From Nitrospirales bacterium (lineage in GTDB: Bacteria > Nitrospirota > Nitrospiria > Nitrospirales > UBA8639), in NCBI GenBank assembly GCA_965203295.1, contig CBDBCZ010000017.1, forward strand, positions 224,001-288,000: 64,000 nucleotides of DNA, read 5' to 3'. Positions 23,427-37,728 of the stretch are shown one piece after another; within the stretch, counting starts at the first letter, position 1, and each line of letters begins with the position of its first letter. The translations under genes were made by a program, and so were the position numbers. Below the pieces are notes generated by a model. That model saw only the letters and a list, made by a program, of their open reading frames with translations. It was not told the origin of the DNA and did no database searches.

Positions 23427-26400
23427 CTAGCTGCTGGAGAAAATGTACTTCCCTCCGTCTGTCTCTTTAGTGAGGGTCACCACTAACCCACACGGGAACT
23501 GATTGAGATCAAACTCTGTGCGAGCCAGAATGTCTTTAGAGCGGAATGTGTCTCCCGAAGATATCACCTTGTCTTTTGGGACCACTCCAAACGACAACCT
23601 TGGCTGTAATTGAAAATTCACCTGGTCACCAGGAGGTACATCTTGCTGAACCACCAGCAGATTGCCATTCTTGTACAGACCAATGTTGTACATTTCTTCA
23701 CTGCTTGGCGAATAACCGAAAAATGATTCCCAGCAGGAGCTCGACGAGTGTTCTGGTTGAGCCTCGTTTTTCACCACAATAGCTCCGTCTGGGTTGGGAT
23801 CCCCAGAAACTGTAGCCAGAAAGACAACACAATGTCCAGTTTTATAACTGCACAACGAACTTAATAAACCTATTAATACCTTTGCATTACGTATAAGGTA
23901 TACCTAAATCTGATATGCTGGTATCCTGCAGATTTAGCCTTGCACCACTTAAGCACTTAGCACCATGAGGCAATAACTGTTACAGCAGTCATAGACTTTT
24001 AACCCATTATCAACCATAAGAAACAACTTAAAGAAGCAGAATTGCCTGTACTAAGTATTAATGCCTAATATTAAAACCCCATATAAATTCATATGTCATT
24101 GGTTGGTAAAGAGTTGAAAAAGGTTTCGCTATATTATGTATCATGATAACACTTATTAATTGGTCTAAATCAGTCATTTGCCTCTGTTTTGACTCAAGAC
24201 TGGCTAATAGAGACCATGACTCTGTTTTGACTCAAGACTGGCTAATAGAGACCATGACTCTGTTTTGACTCAAGACTGGCTAATAGAGACCATGACTCTG
24301 TTTTGACTCAAGACTGGCTAATAGAGACCATGACTCTGTTTTGACTCAAGACTGGCTAATAGAGACCATGACTCTGTTTTGACTCAAGACTGGCTAATAG
24401 AGACCATGACTCTGTTTTGACTCAAGACTGGCTAATAGAGACCATGACTCTGTTTTGACTCAAGACTGGCTAATAGAGACCATGTATTATAGAGAGGTGG
24501 CTATTAGCTGGAGTCATCTCCATCTCCTATCCCTTTGTGGATCGATATGGTTTAAAATATAGTTAGCTGATTTAATCGTGACACCTGCACGATGGCCTGA
24601 AGCCCACCAGGATGGGGCAAATTTAGCCTCGATCCCAGGCTCTTATCCGGCTTTTCGTTGCTTGCAGTATGTTTTTAAGTATGTGGTGTCAAATGCTTCA
24701 ATATGGTAATACCGTATAGCCGGAAAATTTGGCGAGAATTAAATTTGGCGAAATCGCCAAAAACGGTTAAAATTAAATATTGGCGAAATTTAAATTTGGC
24801 GATTGTGTACAGCGAAGGCTATGACGTAATCTAGCAATATATATTGCGTATTACGTAATCCTAGGCACACAACGTGCAACGCTGCTGAACATGCAAAATT
24901 TTTTTGTCACTGAGCTCGACAATGGAGACGTTGGATTCGCCGATCTTACTATCCAGAAGCTTCGAGAAGTGTGTAGCGGCCTTTGTCGCTCCGTTGTCAG
25001 CGGCATACTTTCCAATTTGTGCCCTTTCTTGCGTGTAAGTGTTATACTTGCCTCGAGGTGACCGTGTGACAGGCTTCAAGTCTCCGGATAGAGAGCGCTT
25101 TACAGCTTTGTTTGCGAGTTCGATATCCTTCCTGGACAGAGAGGAAACACGTATGTGGAGTGGGAACAACTTCCTTGTACATGTAGCTGAATGCGCGCGT
25201 GGGTGTTACGTAATACACAATGCGTAAGAATTTAATTTGGTGAGAATTTAATTTGGCGATTTTTTACGATTCGCCAAACCGCCAAATTAAAGTCCTCGCC
25301 AAATTTTCCGGCTATACGGTATGGTACATTATCACCGAACCCATCAAACTAGTTAGTGGCTATTTGGTTGTGGTTTATAATTAGACTAACTAATTACATT
25401 CCACATCAGCCCCACCTTAATGTGGCGGGCACATTGTTTGAATATAATTTATATGCAGTCACAGGTGTGTGTTCCCTCCCGACAAAACATGTCATTACAG
25501 AGCTATCATGTTCCATCAGGAATTTTGATTGCATTACTGCATTCAAAGTGCTATTTGGCACTTATTATAATTAAATTAAATACTGCTAGTGCTGTGTGCA
25601 TGTAACTGCTTCATACTTTGCATGATTTCATTGGTATACCTCAAACATACTGCTTTGTTGGCCAGCTACTTGTACCCACTGAATTGAGTTTATACAGACT
25701 CACGTCCAGAACCCCTATATTTCTAAATCACAGGTGGCTTACACTTTTGAGCGCAGTAAGCTTTTTTTCACATAGCCTACCTGTAGCAGCTACATAACTT
25801 AGCCTGTAGAGCCAACTTGATCCTGCATTACTGAAAAGAACACGTCTACTTGCAATGAATGCGTGCAACAGCACCAGTGTTGTAGTCGCGAGTGACTCCC
25901 ATCGCCAATGACCCCCGGTCACTCATGACTTGGCACAAATGACCCCCGGTCACTCATGACTAGGTACAAATGACCCCCGGTCACTCATGACTTGGCACAA
26001 ATGACTCCCCGGTCACCCACGACTTGGCACAAATGACCCCCGGTCACTCACGACTTGGCACAAATGACCCCCGGTTACTCGTGACTAGGTACAAATGTCT
26101 CCCCGGTCACTCACGACTTGGCACAAATGACCCCCGGTCACTCGTGACTAGGCATAAATGACTCCCTGGTCACTCATGACTAGGTACAAATGACCCCCGG
26201 TCACTCATGACTAGGTACAAATGACTCCCTGGTCACTCGTGACTAGGTACAAATGACTCCCCGGTCACTCGTGAATAGGTACAAATAACCCCCCGGTCAC
26301 TCGTGACTAGGTACAAATGACACCCCGGTCACTCGTGACTAGGTACAAATGACCCCCTGGTCATCTACCCCCCGGTCACTCGTGACTAGGTACAAATGAC

Positions 26401-26998
26401 CCCCTGGTCATCTCAGATGACCAGGGGGTCATTTGTACCTAGTCACGAGTGACCGGGGGGTCATTCATCTGTGCCTAGGAACGAGTGACTCCCCCATGCA
26501 TCGCACCAAAATCTATGCATGTTGTTAGAAACCTGTATATAGATTAGCTAGCTATCCCCAACTTCTACCCACCAACGGGGATCTGACATGCACTGCATGC
26601 ATGCAAGCGATCGCTATAGTAAGTGGGCAGAAGTTGGGGGTGCATGTAGCGAGCTAGCTAATTCATGAATATGAGTAGTTAATTATTAAAGACACACCTT
26701 CTTTTAATACAGCGGCACTGTGACTGTTTTCTTGTTCAATTTCCCAAGTGCTTCCCGGATGAGCTGAGAAGGGGCCCATCGTAGTCTTTACATTGTCTTG
26801 AAAGTAGTAGGCTCCGATTTCAGAGCTTGCGGGATAAGTAAATTCAGCCTTTGTTTGAGCTGCCAGGACATACCACGCCACGTTCGTCTCGAAAACTACC
26901 ACATGTACGTCTGCAGAACCGGTAGCATTGATGTAGGTAACGGAGACGTCTTCTTGCGCACTACCGGTATCAGACATTTTGCTATACTTCGCAGACAT
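23427..26998 (-). CDS. Family gene B2, ~220-227 aa, divergent last exon with a Ser-rich insertion
   Basis: Exons 26998 (or 26977)-26698 and 23809-23427, phase 1, open frame. The 2.9-kb intron is filled with repeats. Confidence 0.78.
24182..24485. repeat. Minisatellite, 38 bp x8
   Basis: CTCTGTTTTGACTCAAGACTGGCTAATAGAGACCATGA repeated essentially perfectly. Confidence 0.95.
24710..25321 (-). mobile_element. Internally deleted pogo-like DNA transposon
   Basis: TIR TACCGTATAGCCGGAAAATTTGGCGAG at both ends; remnant RGKYNTYT.ERAQIGKYAADNGATKAATHFS resembles a transposase N-terminal HTH. Confidence 0.75.
25905..26490. repeat. ~31-bp tandem array ending in a perfect hairpin
   Basis: AAATGACCCCCGGTCACTCRTGACTWGGYAC units; 46-bp arms 26368-26413 / 26415-26460. 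Confidence 0.9.
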
Positions 26999-28077
26999 CT
27001 TTAATTAATTGTCACTATAATCATGACAAGCAGACTTCCTGCCAATAATAATAGTCACTTTGTATAAACAAATTTGTGGTTTGGCTGAGCCTATCAAGAA
27101 TTCCGTCTACTGTACCCTGTTGCAGCGCGTGCATGCCTTGGGGGCGTGCGCTGTCTGGTGTGGGAAAAGTCTGAGCTCCAGTGATAGCTACCTACTGACT
27201 TGGAAAGAGGTGACTTAGGTGACTACGCATCTCTTGAACAAACAGTACAAATATCTATTTAATAAATTGCCAATAATTTTGAAGGAACTAGCTAATGACA
27301 TGATGCATAGAAACACTTTAAAAATATATTTAAAATTCCATTTCCCTATATATAATAGCCTCATAAAAGTTGTGCGGAGGCCTGGGAACAAGTAGTCTCG
27401 CGGTCATGCAGACTAACTTGCGAGACTATAGGGAACAGGGTGATGACATCATTCCCTAGCCTTGTACCCATCTGCAGCAATTTTTGTGCACTTCACACAT
27501 AATCAGATTTAGTTTTAGTAAAAATGCTATAGTAAAGAAAAAAAATGTTTTCGTATATTGAGTCGACAATCACTCCCATGCACTCAAACAGATCCGATCT
27601 GAGAGGTCGACATGTGGCCAGCGAACAAGATTTCATGCAATATTCTTCTCCATCTTGCTCCCAGCTGTATATACATAACAATGTATGTATACTACAGCAG
27701 CGCTAGCAGTAATGTCTAACTTATAGACCTGGTCACAGAACTCCTGGACCATGGTACTCACATTAGAACCACTATTTTAAAGCTACTTAATGGATAGCAA
27801 ATTCAGATTGTTCGATTTGTAACAGCTATACATGTATAGATAAGAGACCGACGTCTGAAGGCCAGTTTTAAATTAGATAATTCTTACAGTACCCCTTAGG
27901 TAGTGCATGTATGTACTAACCTTCATACATACAATCATAGCAGTATATTTAGGGTCACATACAGTACCAAATGTCACTACAATAACCAGCCAGTTTAGAA
28001 GCCTAAAACACTACTGTAACAGTCATGTAATTCATTGTCTCTGGAGGGCTATAGGCCACAGCCAGTTTTCAGTGCAA

Positions 28078-29420
28078 TCATTCGCCACTGGTACCGGTGA
28101 AAACGTACTCCCCTGAAGCTGGGTCTTGTGAGAGGGTCACCACTAACCCACTAGAGAACTTATCGAGATCAAACTTTATTGGAGACATGACTTTATCGGG
28201 ATCGATTACCTCTCCAGCACTCATATTCTGAACCACTCCAAATGACAGACTATTGTGTAGTTGAAATTGCACCTCCGTACCAAAATGCACATTTTGCTGA
28301 ACCGCCAGTAGTTCATCATTCTTGTACAGACCAATGTTGTACGCTTCAGACTTGGCTGCAGCATTTTTCACCACAAAAGCTCCATCGGGGTTTGATTCCG
28401 CAGAAACTGCAATCAGAAAACCGATTAAAACTGTTACAATGCATGCAGTAAATGATTCAGAATCAAATGCTGTGTTATATCACTGTAGATCTAGAATCTG
28501 TCCATTGAACACTACACTATTAATGGCAAGGACGCTTTTTCTTTTTAAAAAATTCTATAGAAATGCATGTGTCTACACTAGTCTAGCTAGCTATCCCCAA
28601 CTTTTACCCACCTAGGGATCGCTGGCAGTATCTCAGCAAGCGATCCCTAGGTGGGTAGAAGTTGGGGATAGCTAGCTAGACTATGTCTACACAATTTACT
28701 GCTTGCATAAAGACAGCTAGTGCACTGAGGGTACATGTAGCGTTGTTCCACCCATGCACCAGGCTATAGAATGAGCACACATTGTGCCTTTGATCCGCCC
28801 ATGCAAAATCCTATTTAAAAGTACAGAAAGCAGTAGTCAACATTCCACACCCTTACATTATGTGCACCCTCTACTATAGTTATACTGCCATATTTGGCAA
28901 CAAACGACCACATAATTATACAGAAACTGTCAATCACCGAATCAAACTGAAGCTACAAAAGAGTGGCAACAGTACTCAGACGTAGTAGGCAACAGTGGCT
29001 CCAAGCTATAGGCAGATTAATATTTGTAGACAGCAGTGACGGTTGATTACTAGTTGTTCACAGTACAGGCAGCTGTATAGGACAAGGCAAACCGCTATAG
29101 CCATACAGCAGCTCAGTGCCTGTAAGTTACTGTAAGTTTCATATAATTTGGAAAGACGCACCTTCTTTTAATACAGCGGTGTTGTAACTGCCTTCTTGTT
29201 CAATTTCCCAAGTGCTTCCCGGTTGAGCTGGGAACGGTCCCATCGTAATCTTTACACTGCCCTGAAAGTAGTAGGCTCCGATTTCAGTACTTTCGTGATA
29301 CACGAATTCAGCCTCTGTTTGAGCAACCAGGACACGCCATGCAACATTCGTCGCATAAACGACCACCTGGAAGTCCACAGAACCAGTATGGTTGATGTAG
29401 GTAACAGAGATGTCAGACAT
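28078..29420 (-). CDS. Family gene B3, ~195 aa
   Basis: Exons 29420-29162 and 28406-28078, GT-AG, phase 1. Confidence 0.85.
28579..28683. mobile_element. ~105-bp palindromic MITE (related copy at ~26545-26660)
   Basis: TAGTCTAGCTAGCTATCCCCAACTT...AAGTTGGGGATAGCTAGCTAGACTA. Confidence 0.7.
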
Positions 29421-29612
29421 TTTGGTTCAACGCCGATCAGCAGGAAGTTGCTTCCCGTAAGTCAATAATTATTTAATAACTACTGTCGACGTGCCCGTAT
29501 ATAGCTATAGAAGAATGTCATCTACATACAGCTACATGCAGAAGGAGAGAGAAAGCGGTTACAAAGGCCATTAATGAAAAGAAGGGGACCAAGAACTCAA
29601 TGACATGCTTTT

Positions 29613-30610
29613 TCTGGTGTACCTCAAGGATTTATTCTAGGCCCTCTTCTCTTCATTTGTCTTATTAGTCGTTCTGATATTCCCCTCTCTCCTTCATCTA
29701 AACTTATCTTTTATGCTGATGACATTCTTTTTCCCACCATTGTAATTCTCCCTCTGATATCTCTCTCATTCAATCTGATATTGACTCTATATTGCTTCGT
29801 GGATCTCTGCTCACTAAGACTAAATACATGACTTTATTTCTTTTAAATCTCCAGCTTTCTTCTCTACCTTCTCCTCTTGTACCTCAATGGATCTCTTCTT
29901 GATCAAGTCTCGTCTTTTAAATACTTAGGCATCATTATCTCTTCCAATCTGTTTTGGACTCCCCATCTCCTTTCCACCTCTCGTAAACCAAGAAAACTTA
30001 TTGATATCTTTTATTGCCTCTTCTATCGACACTCCAACCCTTCTTCTCTACATCACTCTTATCCGCCCTCATCTTGAATATTGCTCTTCTGTCTGGGACC
30101 CCTCCTCTTCTGCTACCATTTCTCAACTCGGAAACATACAATTCTTTGCCCTAAAACTCTGCTCTAAAAATTGTTCCTCTGATTATTCCTCCTCCCTACA
30201 TCTGTTTAACTGTCCCTCTCTCTCTTCACGTCGTAAAAAAAATCCAAACTACTTCCCTTTTCAAAATTATTAATGATTTTATGTTCTTCCCACCTAACTC
30301 TTTTCGCCCTCTACTTCCCTCATCCATGCTTAATACCCATTTTTTTCACCCTCGAAACTTATTCGTCCCTCGTTAATTGTCCACTCCTTTCCTTTGTTCC
30401 CAACTCCTGTTCCCTCTGGAACTCTCTACCTCCTCACCTTAAAGACTGTAGTTCATTAGCTTCTTTTAAATATTATATAAGTATATGTAATCTACAATTT
30501 TGAGTTAACTGGTGTATTTATTATTATTTTTCTGTCATACTCTTAGTATTAGCTTATTTGCTAATGAGCATGTCATTACCCAATAAAAAAATGACAAAAA
30601 AGGAAAAAGA
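29613..30610 (+). mobile_element. 5'-truncated degenerate LINE (CR1/L2-like RT)
   Basis: SGVPQG.ILGPLLF, YADD, FKYLGI and IRPHLEYCSSVWDP motifs with frameshifts; A-rich tail. Confidence 0.85.
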
Positions 30611-31151
30611 ACGTACAGACCCCTGCATGAGGTATCACAGAAAGATAATGAGAAGTACAGATATCAGCTTTTGCTTGGCAGAGATATTTCCGTGAATCGG
30701 TACACGTGCATGCAAGATATATGTAGCTCTAAAGCACAGGAAAGAAGTGCATGAACCCGTGTTCTGGTCCCACATGTAAGGACTTGGGAACCGTTGGAGC
30801 TCTGTTTGTGTTAGCGTGTTTGTGTGGAAGTCAGGGCAGTTAGGTGCAAAACACGCACAGCATGCATGGCTTCTAATTATTAATTCTAAATTATTATAAT
30901 AGTGATACATCAAAAGATGAAGTGCAATCACAAGAGAACACTGCATTTCACCAACTTCCTACAACACAGACCTTAGGCAATGAACATATCCAACCAGCTA
31001 CCGCATACACCATGCATGATCAAAAGAAGGGTCATTGACAAGACCCCTGACAAGAAAGGAAGGTAGCTATAATACTGCTATATGGTATGTACATGTAAAT
31101 GAAATAAAGCCTTAATTGGCTGTAATTGAACATTCACACACATGGTCGGTC

Positions 31152-31328
31152 CTTCAGACTATACAGATCCCAACCCTGCACGATGGATCTATTGTGGTGA
31201 AAAACGAGGCTCTGCCAGATAACCCCGGCTGCTGCTGTTAAATTAAACTGGCAATGTTTCTGCTGCTGTTGTTCAATTAGTGATGGAAAGTATTACAACA
31301 TTAGTCTGTACAAGAATAGCAATCTACT
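31152..31328 (+). pseudogene. Inverted fragment of a B2-type last exon
   Basis: DPNP..DGSIVVKNEALP...YNISLYKNSNL with indels and stops. Confidence 0.7.
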
Positions 31329-31780
31329 GAACTGTCTTCAAATATTAACTGCACAATAAGTGGGGACGCATGCTCCATGGTGTTAGGACATATATCAGAT
31401 ACGTCCCTTGTGGATATTATATAAAGACTAGCTTGCAGGCTAAGAATCACCCATGTCTATTAGCCTGCATGAGTCATTGACACACTCACTTGACAATGTG
31501 TTTTTACTTCTGTATCAATATTATTGATATGTATAGCATGCTGTTTGATTAATATTAAAATAGCTAGCTTAGAGACTTACATCAGATTCTGATTCGAGGC
31601 CGCCATGCAGTTTTTAATCCTACATTTCCTTATATAGGTAGTGTAACATATATTTACAGCTGTATAAGGCATACCGCGTTTAGGCATTCATATGGCAACA
31701 TCAAAATTAATTGCCTAAAAACAATACATGTAGTTCATTGTCTCTGGAAGGCTATAGGCTACAGCCAGTTTTCGGTGCAA

Positions 31781-32666
31781 TCATTCAGCACTGGTACCAG
31801 AGAAAACGTACTCCCCTGAGACTGGGTTTTGTGACAGGCTCACCACTAACCCACATGGGAACTTATCGAGATCAAACTCTGTTGGAGACATGACGTTACC
31901 GGGGTTGAATATATTTTCAGCACTCATTTCCTGAACCACTCCAAATGACAGATTATTCTGCAGTCGAAATTGCACCTCCGTACCAGGTTGCACATCTTGC
32001 TGAACCACCAGCAGATTATCATCCTTGTACAGACCAGTGTTGTATGTTCCATTGCAAGGAGATTTGGCGACATTTTTCACCACAAAAGTTCCATCAGGAT
32101 TGGATTCTGCAGAAACTGCAATCAGAAAACCAACACAATGCACTATAAATGAACCAGGCAAGTGCTGTGTTCTATGTGACTCTATATTACTGTCTGTTCT
32201 GTAGAATCAGTACATTGAACACTACACATCTATGATGATGATACAATATTAACGTTAAGGATATGTTCAATAAAAATGTGTACACACAATGTACTACTTG
32301 CAAAACCACAGTGCACTGGGGGTAGCTTTGTTGCACCATGCACCATGCTAGAATAAGCACACTTTGTGAGCTTTATAGGAAACACGCACCTTCTTTTAAT
32401 ACAGCAGCATTATAAGCGCTATCTTGTTCAATCTCCCAAGTGCTTCCTAGTTGCGCTGGGAACGGGCCCACCGTAATCTTAACATCGTCTTCAAAGTAGT
32501 AGGCTCCGACTTCAGTACTTGCGGGATACACAAATTCAGCCTTTGTTTGAGCAACCAGGACACGCCATGCTACCTTCGAATTCGTCTCATAAACGACCAC
32601 CTGGAAGTTCACAGCGCCAGTATTGTTAATGTAGGTAACGGAGATGTCTTGCGCTGGATCAGTCAT
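31781..32666 (-). CDS. Family gene B4, ~203 aa
   Basis: Exons 32666-32390 and 32115-31781. Confidence 0.87.
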
Positions 32667-33169
32667 TTTGATCTACGAACACCGCCTGTGAACAAAGACG
32701 TCTGAAAAATTGCAGTGTTTATAATCTGATAGCAGCTAGGAAGTGGCTGAGTTTGCTTCCCATATGCTTAGCTATAAAGCACAGGAAGGTAGTGAAGCTG
32801 TGTTCTGTTCCCACATGTAAGGACTTGGGAACAAACTCTGTTTGTGGTAGTTGGAAGTTAGGGCAGTGAGGTGCAAATCACTGCATGGCTATAGTGATAC
32901 ATCAAAAGAAGTGCAAAGATAACAGAACCCCCACATTTCATTAACTTCCTACAACACATGTACAGACCTTAGGGAATTAACATTTCCAACCACCTATATA
33001 GTGGTAGACACATACCATACAGCATGCATGATCAAAAGAAGGGTCAGGACAAATGAACCCTGACAAAGAAAGGAAGGTACTAGCTATAATACTGCTACCA
33101 TTAATCGACTTATGTACTAAATGAAATAAAACCTTGGCTGTAATTGATGAAAATGCACACATGGTCATG

Positions 33170-33355
33170 CACCTGGAGGCACATCCTGCTGAACCACCAG
33201 TAGATTGCTATTCTTGTACAGACCAATGTTGTACTTTCCATCAGTAGCAGCAGAAACATAGCCAATTAACAACAACCAGGGTTATCTGGCTGAGCCTTGT
33301 TTTTCACCGCAATAGATCCGTCGTGCATGCAGGGTTTGGATCTGTATAGTCTGAA
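33170..33355 (-). pseudogene. Fragment of a B2-type last exon
   Basis: Degenerate DP..DGSIAVKN..YNIGLYKNSNLLVVQQDVPPG. Confidence 0.7.
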
Positions 33356-33444
33356 AAACAGATTCTGAACTGTTTAACCTAGCCATGGTTATCCCAGTTG
33401 CAGCTCCTCTATTGTGCATTGTGAGTGGGACATCTAATGATGAC

Positions 33445-33981
33445 TGTAAATTTGACTTCTGGGGAAAGGACTCAGACAAAGCCAATGGAGACTGCAGATT
33501 GTAGAATGATTTGACAATGTACACATGCAGCCTAACCTAGGAAGTTACCAGCTGTACACAGCTCGTTCAGTCTAACTTTCCTCCATAGGAAGTTGCTTGC
33601 TGTACACAGCTCGTTCAGTCTAACTTCCTCCATAGGAAGTTGCTAGCTGTACACAACCCATTCACTGCTAACTTCACTCATAGGAAGTTACTAGCTGTAC
33701 AAAGCTCATTCAGTATAACTTTCCTCCATAGGAAATTATTAACTGTACACAGCCCATTCAGACTAACTTCCCTCATGGGAAGATAGACTACTGGGCTGTG
33801 TATTGGTATTACCTTCCAAAGAGGTATATAGACAATACTTACACTGGGCAGCTGTGAAGGAAGCTAAACTGTATGGGCTAGTATACAGATACTAACTTCT
33901 TATTAAGTAGACCATCTTGTGTACAGATGATTCTACAACCAGTAGACTCCATTTGCCTGTGTCCCAGAAGTTGGCATTACA
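33445..33981. repeat. Element with imperfect inverted ends and an internal ~48-bp tandem array
   Basis: taggaagtt..agctgtacacagctcgttcagtctaactt units at 33535-33780; ends gacttctggg... / ...cccagaagtt. Confidence 0.6.
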
Positions 33982-34397
33982 CACCGCAAACCTTAAAGGG
34001 TTAATTAACTTAATTGTTTAAATTTAACCAGCTATATGGTTATCTCGGTTACGGCATTGTACAAACAGTGTAAACAAGTCTTACCACCCTATTTCTCAAA
34101 TTTTAACGAAAGGAAGGATCCATTAGCCTTAAGGACAAAATTATAGTAACGAATATTTTGTACCAATCCATTCCTATCTCCACCAAAGAAAGTTGATCTA
34201 GCTTGGCTTCCTGAGTAAAGTGATCTTATTGCACTGCACGTAACTGACCATTCTCTGGTACTGGGGCTGCAACTGAGGTAACCTTATATGTGTGTCATAA
34301 CCAACCACTTTATTATTGCAGTGTAGCTATACTGCTACCATTAATCGACCTATGTAGTACATGTACTAAATGAAATAAAGCCTTGGCTGTAATTGAA

Positions 34398-34630
34398 CAT
34401 TCACACACATGGTTGGTCACCTGGAGGCAAAACCTGCTGATTCAGAACCACCAGTAGATTGCTCTTCTTGTACAGACTAATGTTGTATACTTTCCATCAC
34501 TAATTGAACATTAGCAGCAGAAACATTGCCAGTTTAATTTAACAACAGCAGCCGGGGTTATCTGGCTGAGCCTTGTTTTTCACCGCAATAGATCCATCAG
34601 CTGCAGGGTTTGGATCTGTATAGTCTGAAA
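34398..34630 (-). pseudogene. Fragment of a B2-type last exon
   Basis: Local duplicate related to 33170-33355 and 31152-31328. Confidence 0.7.
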
Positions 34631-35405
34631 GACAGATTCTAAATTGTCTCCAAATATTAACTGCACAATAAACTGAGGGCACTATAAGGCACTATAAGAT
34701 ATAATACTTATACTTAGTCTAAGACCTGTATTTTGCAACGGTTAAATTCTCCTCAGTAAGCATCTTGGTTTCTATGTTTGACATAGGCCTCAGAAACCAC
34801 AAGATGCAACATTGAAATCTCTTGGGGAAGCAAGGTGTTAGGACTAGATCCCAGGTAGTGTTAGATACATCCCTTGTGTGGATATGATATGAAGACTCAG
34901 GCTATAAAAGTCACTCAATGACATGTCTATTAGCCTGAGTCACTGACACACTCACTTGTGTTTTCACTTCTGTAACAATGAATATGCATGCATGCTGTTA
35001 GGTACTCTTTCCCAGCCGAGTTTTATTAATACATCCATAAGGCTAATGTGAATTTATATTGGCCTTTTTATATTAGGCGTTAATATAAAGTACATGTTTT
35101 TTCTATTTATATGGGCACATATTAAATGTGCCCATGGCGTTCAAAGAGTTAATTAATTAATATAGCTAGCTTAGAGACTTACCATACTGCTTTACTTCTA
35201 CATGTATTGTATCCCCTAGGTTGTGTAGCATTATTCACAGCTGTATAAGACATAATAACTGTGTTTACTAGTAGGCATTCATACAATACCAAAATTAATA
35301 TCGATACATAATATATATAACCAGCTAGCTAAGAAGTTATTATTGCCTAAAACACTAGTTCATTGTCTCTGGAGGGCTATAGGCCACAGCCAGTTTTAAT
35401 TGCAA

Positions 35406-36298
35406 TCATTTGGCACTGGTACCGGTGAAAACATACTCCCCTGAAGCTGGGTCTGTTGACAGGGTAACCACTAACCCACATGGGAATGTATAATAATCAA
35501 CCTCAAACTCTGTTGGAGACATGACGTTATCGGGGTTGAATATATTTCCAGCACTCATTTCCTGAACCACTCCAAATGACAGATTATTCTGCAGTTGAAA
35601 TTGCACCTCATTACGGATGCGCACATCTGGCTGAACCACCAGTAGAGCATCATCCTTGTACAGACCAATGTTGTACGTTCCATTGCAGGGAGATGTGGCA
35701 GCATTTTTCACCACAAAAGTTCCATCGGTGTTGGATTCTGCAGAAACTGCAATCAGAAAACCAACATGATGCATTAAATGAACCAAGTGCTACAATGTCA
35801 TGTATTCTTAATATAATGACTGTCTGTTCTGTAGAATCAGTACATAAACACTACTCATCCAGATCTACAATATTAACGTTAAGGATATTCAATATAAATG
35901 TGTACACACAATTACTACATGTACTACTTGCAAAACCACAGTGCACTGGGGGTAGCTTTGTTCCATGCACCATGCTATAGAATAAGCACACTTTGTGAGC
36001 TTTATAGAAAAGACGCACCTTCTTTTAATACAGCGGCGTTGTAAGCGCTATCTTGTTCAATCTCCCAAGTGCTTCCCGGTTGAGCTAGGAACGGTCCTGT
36101 TGTAATCTTTACATTGTCTTGAAAGTAATAGGCTCCGACTCCAGTACTTGCGGGATACACAAATTCAGCCTTTGTTTGAGCAACCAGGACACGCCATGCT
36201 ACCGGCTTTGAACTCGTTTCATAAACGACCACCTGGAAGTTCACAGCGCCAGTATTGTTGATGTAGGTAATGGGAATGTCTTGCGCTGGATCAGACAT
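35406..36298 (-). CDS. Family gene B5, ~206 aa
   Basis: Exons 36298-36019 and 35746-35406. Confidence 0.87.
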
Positions 36299-36832
36299 TT
36301 TGATCTACAATCACCACCCGTGAACAAACTAAGATGTCTGAAAAATTGCAGTGTTTTAAATAATCTGATCTTAGCAGGAAGGTAGCTACCGGGTTGGCTT
36401 CCCATAAGTCAAGATAGACTAAAGCACAGGAAGGTTACTTAGTGAAGCTGGGTTCTGATGCCACATGTAAGGACTTGCGTGGGAACAAACTCTGTTTTGA
36501 GGTAGTTGGAAGTCAGGGCAGTGAAGTACAAATCACTGCATGGCTATAGTGATACATCAAAAAAGTGCAAAGACAACAGAATCCTAGCGACAAAAGCTGT
36601 GCGGAGGTCTGGGAACGAGGCTAATGCATGTCATTAACTTCCGACAACACAAAATTTTAAGTTAAAGAATTAACATTTCCAACCACCTAAACATACGGCA
36701 TGCATGTCTTGATCAAAGGAAGGGCCAGGACAAAGAGAACCCTGACAAAAAAAGCAAGGTAGCTATACTGCTACCATTAATCGACCTATGCAAATGAAAT
36801 AAAACCTTGAATGTAATTGAATATTCACACAC

Positions 36833-37040
36833 ATGGTCACCAGGAGGCACATCCTGCTAAACCACCAGTATATAGATCGCTATTCTTGTACAGACCAATG
36901 TTGTACTTTCCATCAGTAATTAAACAACAGCAGCAGAAACATCACCAATTAACAGCAGCCGGGGTTATCTGGCTGGGCCTAGTTTTCCCCACAGTACATG
37001 TACATGTAGCTCATCACTGTTGGGATCTGTAGTCAGAAAG
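36833..37040 (-). pseudogene. Fragment of a B2-type last exon
   Basis: Degenerate YNIGLYKN...QDVPPGD. Confidence 0.65.
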
Positions 37041-37728
37041 ACAGACTTACGTACTGGCTCCTAATATAATAAACTGAGGGCACTATATATAATACTTATA
37101 CTTAGACCTGTATTTTGTGACAATTCTCCTCAGTAAGCGTCCTGGTTCCATGTTCGACGTAGGCCTCAGAAACCACAAGATGCAACGTTGAAATCTCCTG
37201 GGGAAGCATATCGTGCTCCTTGGTGTTAGGACATATAGATCAGGTAGTGCTAGATACATCCCTTGTGGATATGTAGCTATAGATTAGATCAATCACAGCA
37301 AAGAGGGATCTAACTGACATAGACATCCGTGGGAAAATCAGAGCCCGAGGTCAAATAACACCATCCAAGGGCGAGGGATTTTCCAAAGGATGGTCTATGT
37401 CAGTTAGATCCCGAGTACATGTACATGCTGTGATTTAACGAACTTAGGCCACGCACTATGGATTTTCAAGGGGTTAAAAGTGTTTGGTACACAGGGATTT
37501 AACTGACATGAACACCCCGTGTCTAACCAAGAACTTCAAAACTTATTGATTATTCATGAGTGGCCTAAGATATGGAGACTCAGGCTAAAGAGTATCCCAC
37601 TGTGTCTATTAGCCTGAGTCACTGATACACTTGAGTGTTTTTACTCCTGAATCGATGGATAGCATAATATTTGGTAATAATACAGCTAGCTTAGAGACTT
37701 ATCAATACATCTGATTTGAGGAGGCCAG

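Noticed and set aside
24182..24485. 38-bp repeats as a CRISPR array
   Set aside because: No spacers (head-to-tail units), no cas genes, eukaryotic intron context. The same applies to the 31-, 48- and 93-bp arrays.
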